The notes beneath the pieces were generated by a model. That model had not been told where the DNA came from, ran no database searches, and saw only the letters and a list, made by a program, of their open reading frames with translations. From contig OZ246403.1 in NCBI GenBank assembly GCA_965230925.1, positions 596,230 through 644,540 on the forward strand: a stretch of 48,311 bases of DNA, read 5' to 3'. Shown one piece after another: positions 42,445 through 48,311 of this stretch (positions are counted from its first letter, which is position 1; each line of letters opens with the position of its first letter). Made by a program: the position numbers and the translations under genes. This DNA comes from an uncultured Candidatus Saccharibacteria bacterium (lineage in GTDB: Bacteria; Patescibacteriota; Minisyncoccia; Phycocordibacterales; JACOZG01).

Positions 42445-43200
42445 TTAACTTAGTTTGAGCGGTTTGGCTTGGCTCCAAACATGCCAGAAATATTGGCGAT
42501 ATTGTTCAGCTAAGGCTTTGCTTTTAATGTGTACCACTAAAGGGTCTACCGCAGGCGTGACCATATATACATGATCACCAGCGAGCCAGGCGGTGTGGGG
42601 GAGTTTGTGAGTCTCGGCAGCAATTTTGCAGGTATACGGATTCTTTAAATACGGCCCAATAAATTCTTCGGCCTTATCACGCTCGTCCTCAAAGAAAAGA
42701 ATATTAATATCAATCCCGCGATGTTTTATTTTTCTGACTTCGTCCACGTGTTCTTTAAAGTATCGCTTCATAAAATCAAACCAGCCCTTACACTCACCAC
42801 GAATCGCGATATATTCTCCAGCCTCGAGTGCTCGGTGGCGGAAGTCGGCAATTCCCTGAAGATAACCATCGTGACCGCTAAAGAGTTCGATTTTTTCTTT
42901 CTCCGCTGCTGTCCGATGATTGATCCGCTCGACTAATTCTTTGGCCAAGACTTCTTTTTGTTTCAGGTCGGTGAGGAAGCGTTGTGGGTCAGCGGTGGTG
43001 TACAAGTTTTTTCCGTTTCTTTTTAGAACGACAACTAAGTTTTTCTTTTCCAAACTTTCGAGAGCATTATAAATAATTTGCCGATGCTTTTTCGTCTTCT
43101 GAACAATAGGGGCCACAAAGCATGGCCCGAGTTCCACGAGGGTGCTATATACCGCGGCTTCATTGGCCGAGAGGCCTAATTGAGTCAGAGTGTCAATCAT
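42445..43200 (-). CDS. TrmB-family transcriptional regulator
   Basis: N-terminal winged helix LGLSANEAAVYSTLVELGPCFVAPIVQKTKKHRQIIYNALESLEKKNLV, then a coiled segment and a C-terminal effector-like domain. Confidence 0.7.
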   Translation of the reverse strand: MIDTLTQLGLSANEAAVYSTLVELGPCFVAPIVQKTKKHRQIIYNALESLEKKNLVVVLKRNGKNLYTTADPQRFLTDLKQKEVLAKELVERINHRTAAEKEKIELFSGHDGYLQGIADFRHRALEAGEYIAIRGECKGWFDFMKRYFKEHVDEVRKIKHRGIDINILFFEDERDKAEEFIGPYLKNPYTCKIAAETHKLPHTAWLAGDHVYMVTPAVDPLVVHIKSKALAEQYRQYFWHVWSQAKPLKLS

Positions 43201-43249
43201 AAAGTGACAATTTTTACCTTGTAAACCTTGAGTTTTACATAGTATTGTC

Positions 43250-43278
43250 AGACCGTCAATAAGATCTATTGACGGTCT
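43250..43278. promoter_or_regulatory. 12-bp-arm perfect palindrome (candidate operator) in the divergent promoter region
   Basis: AGACCGTCAATA-agatc-TATTGACGGTCT. It ends 3 nt before a TATAAT hexamer (43282-43287) that sits 15 nt upstream of the ATG at 43303. Confidence 0.5.
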
Positions 43279-43302
43279 TTATATAATCGTTAGGATCAAA
43301 CG

Positions 43303-44445
43303 ATGCAAAATAAAACAAAAGTCATTTGGGGACTCATCATTTTTCTTCTGTTAATTATTGGTTATAAAGCTTTCCTTCGAGAAGAGAAGCCAGAAACAGT
43401 TAAAATTGGAGTTATTGCCCCGCGTACTGGACTCGCTGCGAGCATTGGCGAATGGATGGTTGAAGGGGTTGAGCTTGCTCTTCAAGAAATAAATGCCGCC
43501 GGTGGTATTCACGGTCAATCCGTGGAATTAGTGATTGAGGATGATCAATGTAATGGAAAAAAAGGCGTTGATGCCTATCAGAAACTTCATGCCCTTAGTG
43601 GGATTAATTACTTTGTTGGTCCCTTGTGTAGTGCATCGAGAGTCCCAACGCTTGAAGCAGCCAAGAACGATAAGACGGTTTTAATTACGACCGGCTTAGC
43701 TCTCGTGACTTCGCCGGTCACAACCGCTTACACCTTTAATGTCTTACCTTCGGCTTGGTCAGTGATGCAGAAAATTTTGGACTTTGGTGTTACCACTTTG
43801 GCCGCCAAGAAAATTTCTTTTCTTTATGTTGACGATGAATATGGCAAAGAGAATCACCTGGCTACACTCGATTTTCTTAATGTTCCTTCTCGACAATTAG
43901 TTACTGTCGAGAAGTTTACCCGCGGCACGGCCGATTTACGGACGCAAATTCTTAAACTTAAAAATGATAACAGTGAAGTAGTGGCCGTGGTTGGGTATGG
44001 TCCGGATTATGCAGTTTTTCTCAAACAAGCAAAAGAACTTGGACTCACAAAACCAATTCTCGCGACATCTAATATTCAAGTGCCTGAAGCTTCTGTTGCT
44101 AGTCAGCAGACTGGTCAAACGGTTTATTATTCTTACCCAGCGGTGTCTAACTTCCAATCAGTAATTACTTTTGCTGAGAAGTACCGACGGGTGAAGCCCG
44201 ACGCGCCGGCCATTCTTCCAATGTATATTGGCTCAGGTTACGATGCGCTTAAAATTCTAGTTGGCGTTTTAGAAAACTGTGAACTCGACGACTCGGGTTG
44301 CGTTAAAGTCGCTCTTACTCAAACTAATAATTATGAAGGTGCGAACGGCTTAATTTCCTTCGATGAGAAGGGTAATAATAGTGCAGGATCCGCCATTGAG
44401 ATTCGTACGCTAAAAAACGGTGAGTTTGGTCAGGTTACACCTTAA
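43303..44445 (+). CDS. ABC-type substrate-binding protein (LivJ / Peripla_BP_6-like, amino-acid type), orphan
   Basis: TM/signal, then VKIGVIAPRTGLAASIGEWMVEGVELALQEINAAGGIHGQSVELVIEDDQC. No permease or ATPase gene is adjacent. Confidence 0.8.
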   Translation: MQNKTKVIWGLIIFLLLIIGYKAFLREEKPETVKIGVIAPRTGLAASIGEWMVEGVELALQEINAAGGIHGQSVELVIEDDQCNGKKGVDAYQKLHALSGINYFVGPLCSASRVPTLEAAKNDKTVLITTGLALVTSPVTTAYTFNVLPSAWSVMQKILDFGVTTLAAKKISFLYVDDEYGKENHLATLDFLNVPSRQLVTVEKFTRGTADLRTQILKLKNDNSEVVAVVGYGPDYAVFLKQAKELGLTKPILATSNIQVPEASVASQQTGQTVYYSYPAVSNFQSVITFAEKYRRVKPDAPAILPMYIGSGYDALKILVGVLENCELDDSGCVKVALTQTNNYEGANGLISFDEKGNNSAGSAIEIRTLKNGEFGQVTP

Positions 44446-44505
44446 ACAGGCCAACTGTTCACAACTGGTGGCGCGGCGGGGAGGAAAAGTTGGTACAATG
44501 TAGCC

Positions 44506-45279
44506 ATGTTCATTCTCGACCAGGTGCTGGTCTTCACTTTCGGACTTGTTATCGGCAGTTTTTTGAATGTGGTGATCTATCGCTACAACACTGGTCGCAC
44601 GGTGGGTGGTCGGTCGCGCTGCGGGAGTTGCCGCAAGGTGTTGCGGTGGTATGAACTCTTGCCCGTGGCGAGTTACTTGGCGCAGTGGGGGAAGTGTCGC
44701 GAGTGTCTCACCAAGATCTCGTGGCAGTACCCAGTGGTCGAGCTGCTCACGGGCTTTGTTTTTGTCCTCGTGTATCGCATTGCGCCGAACCCTGATCTTA
44801 CCGCGCTCTATTGGGCGATTTTTTGTCTCCTTATTGTTATTCTCGTCTACGACTTCCGGCATAAAATTATTCCCGATGCGATGGTCTTTGGCTTCATTGC
44901 GCTATCGGCGGTGGAGATGTGGTGGACTGGCGATTGGCAGAGTGGTCTCCTTGCTGGTGGTGGCCTCTTTGTCTTTTTTGGTCTTCTCTGGCTTCTCTCG
45001 CGCGGCCGATGGATGGGCTTCGGCGACGCTAAGCTCGCGATCGGCATCGGCTTTCTTCTTGGCTTCCCAGGAGGAATCTCCGCGGTGATTCTCGCCTTCT
45101 GGGTCGGCGCGGCGGTGGGGATTGTTCTTCTCTTGCTCCAGAAGATTTCCCCCAAGCGTAAATTGCCCCGCACCTTGCGCTATCTTACAATGAAGAGCGA
45201 GGTGCCCTTCGCGCCTTTTCTTATCTTGGGTCTTGCCCTCAACTTTTTTCTAGCGATCAATGTCATTCCTACGTTTTAA
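44506..45279 (+). CDS. pilD: prepilin peptidase (A24 family)
   Basis: Paired CxxC (CGSC / CREC) region, multiple TM helices and the GFGDAKL aspartyl-protease motif. An extended -10 TGGTACAAT ends 7 nt before the ATG. Confidence 0.9.
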   Translation: MFILDQVLVFTFGLVIGSFLNVVIYRYNTGRTVGGRSRCGSCRKVLRWYELLPVASYLAQWGKCRECLTKISWQYPVVELLTGFVFVLVYRIAPNPDLTALYWAIFCLLIVILVYDFRHKIIPDAMVFGFIALSAVEMWWTGDWQSGLLAGGGLFVFFGLLWLLSRGRWMGFGDAKLAIGIGFLLGFPGGISAVILAFWVGAAVGIVLLLLQKISPKRKLPRTLRYLTMKSEVPFAPFLILGLALNFFLAINVIPTF

Positions 45280-45889
45280 AAAACAAAAAAGAGGTTTTTC
45301 TATCGTCGAGATGATAGTGGTGATCGGCATCTTCACGGTCATTACAGGGGTGGTGCTTTTCAACCTTCCTCAATTTCGTGATCAAACCATTCTTGAGCTC
45401 ATCGCCCAAGATATGGCCATTACCATTCGCCAGGCCCAGGTGTTTGGTATCAGTACTCGTTCTTTCAAGGGTCAGTTTCCGTCACATGGAGTGTTTTTTA
45501 ATTTGCTCGACAATGCTGCTCTAGATCCTTGGAAAAAAAGTTTTATACTGTTTGCCGATGTTGCCAGTGGTGATGGTGATTATTCATTGCCGTCGGTTGC
45601 TTGTGGGTCCAACAATGAGTGTGTAGAGCAGTTTAATATTCAAGGGAATGTCGAGATTTTTGCTCTTTTGAGTTGTTCTCCTGGTTGTGCGCCGATAGCA
45701 ACACAACAATTGTCCGTGGCTTTTATTCGGCCGAACCCCGAGGCTATTTTTAAGCCCACGATTGCCGGAACAAACAAAGTCAAAATTCGCCTGAAATCCC
45801 TTCGCGACAATGCTTGCCGCAATGTCGTGGTTTGGATTACGGGGCAAATTTATGTAGAAAATGATCCATCATGCAACAACAACGTTTAA
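45260..45889 (+). CDS. type IV pilin-like protein (prepilin N-terminal methylation motif)
   Basis: Leader MSFLRFKKQKRG followed by FSIVEMIVVIGIFTVI, giving G-1, F+1 and E+5. Confidence 0.8.
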   Translation: MSFLRFKKQKRGFSIVEMIVVIGIFTVITGVVLFNLPQFRDQTILELIAQDMAITIRQAQVFGISTRSFKGQFPSHGVFFNLLDNAALDPWKKSFILFADVASGDGDYSLPSVACGSNNECVEQFNIQGNVEIFALLSCSPGCAPIATQQLSVAFIRPNPEAIFKPTIAGTNKVKIRLKSLRDNACRNVVVWITGQIYVENDPSCNNNV

Positions 45890-46515
45890 ATAAAAAATCC
45901 CTCGGCTTCACTCTCGTCGAGATGATGGTTGCCGTCTCGATTTTCTCGGTGGTGGCGCTGGTCATTACCGGCGCTGTGATTACCGCCAATGAAGTTAATC
46001 GTAAGGCTCAATCAATCAAGCTCGCGATTGATAATCTTAACTTTGCTCTCGAGAATATGTCGCTGAAGATTAGGCAAGGAAAGGATTTCTACTGTTTGCA
46101 AAATTATGATGAAGCGGTTGATATTGCTAGTGGATTAGATATTAATCCGGGTGACAATAAACCCACTTGCACCAACACTTCAGTTGGCATCGCTTTCGAA
46201 TATCCCGATCCGGATCCTTTGGCGTTGCCAGGCGACACTGTAAACGTGGTTTACGCCTTCTACGATGGCGGTCTTCCCACAGAGCAGTCGATTCGATATT
46301 GGATCGGAGGAACGAGTAATGATCAGCTTATTCCTATCACTAATGTGGTGGACGTAAACATTGTGGCGGCGAAGTTCTCGCTTTGGAATCAGCCACAACC
46401 GGGTGATACGGCACCGGTTGGTCGACCTCGAATTCTAATTTCTTTGCGCGGTCGAACGCACGACGCCAAGAACCCGACGGAATTTTATTTACAGACGGTA
46501 GCCTCAGAACAATGA
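45871..46515 (+). CDS. type IV pilin-like protein
   Basis: Leader ...NKKSLG followed by FTLVEMMVAVSIFSVV. Confidence 0.8.
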   Translation: MQQQRLNKKSLGFTLVEMMVAVSIFSVVALVITGAVITANEVNRKAQSIKLAIDNLNFALENMSLKIRQGKDFYCLQNYDEAVDIASGLDINPGDNKPTCTNTSVGIAFEYPDPDPLALPGDTVNVVYAFYDGGLPTEQSIRYWIGGTSNDQLIPITNVVDVNIVAAKFSLWNQPQPGDTAPVGRPRILISLRGRTHDAKNPTEFYLQTVASEQ

Positions 46516-47105
46516 TGAAAAAAATAAATTTACAAAGCGGGTTTACTCTTGTGGAGATGCTCACGGCCGTGACCATTTTAGTCGTGGGTGTTCTTGGGCC
46601 GTTAAACATTGCCACGCGGGGAATCACGGACGGTATTTATGCTAAGAATCAAATTGCGGCCAACTTCCTCGCCCAAGAAGCAATGGAAACCGTGATTAAT
46701 CGACGCAATAGTAATCTGAAGCTTCCTGGTACAGACTGGCTTGCGGGTATTGAAGACGGTACGGTGAAATGCATAAGTAGTGGCCCTTGTTATGCCGACG
46801 CCACTGACCCCGATCTAATTTCTGGCGAGAATTTTGGTGGAAATACCACCGATACGGGGCTTCTTAACGACGATTTTTCTCCACCGCACGATGCTTTTAA
46901 TTTACAATTTTGTAGTAACAGCAATCTCTATCAGCGTCTTAATGACACTTGTACCAACAGAATTGGCCCTGTATTTACGCGGCGTATTTTTGTTACCACG
47001 GTAACTGCTGGTCGTGAGGTGAAAGTGGAGGTAATTGTGGAGTGGGATAATAAGAATCAACACAAAACACTGAATTTAATTAGCCATTTGTATAAAAATT
47101 CATGA
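46512..47105 (+). CDS. type IV pilin-like protein
   Basis: Leader MMKKINLQSG followed by FTLVEMLTAVTILVVGV. Confidence 0.8.
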   Translation: MMKKINLQSGFTLVEMLTAVTILVVGVLGPLNIATRGITDGIYAKNQIAANFLAQEAMETVINRRNSNLKLPGTDWLAGIEDGTVKCISSGPCYADATDPDLISGENFGGNTTDTGLLNDDFSPPHDAFNLQFCSNSNLYQRLNDTCTNRIGPVFTRRIFVTTVTAGREVKVEVIVEWDNKNQHKTLNLISHLYKNS

Positions 47106-47686
47106 TCAAGAATCGTCATCAGCCTGGTTTCGTTCTTCTCTTTGCCGTTCTCTTAGTGAGCGTGGTGCTCGCGATTAGTTTGGTGCTCTTTAATATCACC
47201 TTGCGTCAACTCGTTCTCTCTACTACCAGTCGCGATTCTCAGTTGGCCTATTACGCGAGTTATGCTGGTCTTGATTGTGCGCTGTATTGGGAGAAAAATT
47301 ACGATCTTTTAGATGATCCACCCGATCAACTTCCTGAAAATAAAGATACTGATGAACAGTGCTTTGGGGCGTATAGATTGGTTGGCGGTTTTTTTGATCC
47401 CGACGACTCATCACCAAACGATTGCTCTATTACTTGTGGAGTTTCTGCTAGTTTAACTACTACCTATGTTGATACTGTTTCTCCGTTTTCTAGCACCCTC
47501 ACAATAGATTTTGCTAATGGGACGTGTGCGAAGGTGGAAGTTTTTAAACAGACACCCAATATTCTCAACGATATTTTGGACACGAAGATCGTGTCTCGTG
47601 GGTATAATCGCGCCTGTAATGCCCTAACTTCTAATCGGACAATTGAACGGGCTAATAGCACAACCCACAACGACAATTGGAACTAG
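47102..47686 (+). CDS. pilin-like protein lacking Glu+5 (PilX/GspK-like position in the operon)
   Basis: Leader MIKNRHQPG followed by FVLLFAVLLVSVVLAISL. The hydrophobic helix is present but position +5 is Phe, not Glu. Confidence 0.6.
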   Translation: MIKNRHQPGFVLLFAVLLVSVVLAISLVLFNITLRQLVLSTTSRDSQLAYYASYAGLDCALYWEKNYDLLDDPPDQLPENKDTDEQCFGAYRLVGGFFDPDDSSPNDCSITCGVSASLTTTYVDTVSPFSSTLTIDFANGTCAKVEVFKQTPNILNDILDTKIVSRGYNRACNALTSNRTIERANSTTHNDNWN

Positions 47687-47712
47687 CCACACTTGGTCTA
47701 AATCGCTAGACT

Positions 47713-48311
47713 ATGACGATGACGCGAGGCGAGGCAAAAGACCGTTTAAACAAGCTCCGGGAGGTGATTAATCATCACCGGTATCTTTATCATGTCTTGG
47801 ATAAATCGGAGATCTCCGAAGAGGCGCTAGATTCGCTGAAGGCGGAATTAGCGGACTTAGAGAAGCAGTTTCCGGAGTTAGTGACGACCGATTCGCCGAG
47901 TCAGCGCGTGGCCGGTGTGGCCCTCGAGAAATTTACCAAAGTTACACACCAAGTGCCGCAATGGTCCTTCAACGATGCTTTCACACCGGAAGAAATGCGC
48001 GAATGGGATGCGCGAGTGAAGAAGGTTGTGGGTGAGCAACCAAGTTATGTTTGCGAGCTTAAGATTGATGGTTTTAAAATTGTTTTGACTTATGAAAAAG
48101 GTCTCTTGGTAACTGCCGCGACGCGCGGTGATGGTCGCGTGGGTGAAGATGTAACGGCCAATGTACGGACAATCGAATCAGTGCCATTGCGTCTCAATGA
48201 GGCCGTTGACGTCATTGTCGAGGGTGAAATTTGGCTCTCGAAGAAAGAATTTGCGCGGATTAACCGCGAGCGAGAGCTCGCGGGAGAAGAGCTTTACGCA
48301 AACCCGCGCAA
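47713..48311 (+). CDS. ligA: NAD-dependent DNA ligase (5' part; runs off the window)
   Basis: Domain Ia LNKLREVINHHRYLYHVLDKSEISE, SPSQRVAG, and the adenylation motif CELKIDG. The frame is open to the window edge. Confidence 0.9.
   Translation, partial: MTMTRGEAKDRLNKLREVINHHRYLYHVLDKSEISEEALDSLKAELADLEKQFPELVTTDSPSQRVAGVALEKFTKVTHQVPQWSFNDAFTPEEMREWDARVKKVVGEQPSYVCELKIDGFKIVLTYEKGLLVTAATRGDGRVGEDVTANVRTIESVPLRLNEAVDVIVEGEIWLSKKEFARINRERELAGEELYANPR

Noticed and set aside
1-48311. CRISPR arrays, integrases or transposases, toxin-antitoxin pairs, restriction-modification systems or other known defence systems.
   Set aside because: No spaced direct-repeat array was seen. No ORF in the six-frame track shows recombinase, Cas, nuclease-helicase or RM-type motifs. 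The two SAM methyltransferases look like small-molecule or RNA-type enzymes and have no partner nuclease.

Overview
This is a gene-dense bacterial chromosomal segment with short intergenic spacers and many overlapping stop/start codons. Most of it is housekeeping: infB-rbfA, clpB, topA, dprA, serS, dnaX, parB, miaA, dus, rpmG, ligA (runs off the 3' edge), a cysteine desulfurase, an Fe/Mn SOD and a DEAD-box helicase. I read ten tRNA genes by eye. The overall flavour suggests a Candidate Phyla Radiation / Patescibacteria (Parcubacteria-like) genome, but this is inference, not a search result. The cues are a short IF-2, a short DnaX, a membrane-anchored Clp-like AAA+ protein, multi-domain cell-wall enzymes, many small secreted or membrane hypotheticals, VirB2-like mini-pilins and a type IV pilin operon. 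No CRISPR array, integrase, transposase or recognisable defence system was seen. The regions most worth a second look are: (1) four genes at 1979-3961 carrying five VirB2/TrbC-like two-helix modules, coupled to an orphan solute-binding protein; (2) an SPFH/band-7 three-gene membrane module at 4045-6705, next to a tRNA cluster; (3) a GIY-YIG nuclease ORF bracketed by repeats of tRNA-Lys sequence, with its stop codon in the tRNA anticodon loop, plus a second 5'-partial pseudo-tRNA (Arg) carrying a 57-nt double-hairpin insert; (4) a stand-alone class-II aaRS-like catalytic core preceded by a promoter-plus-terminator leader; (5) a YkuD + DD-carboxypeptidase + CapA triple fusion; (6) a methyltransferase whose conserved N-terminus has no canonical start and lies in frame behind a single TAG; (7) several near-consensus promoters placed so that transcription should start at the start codon, giving leaderless mRNAs. 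All product calls come from motif recognition by eye. No database search was run.
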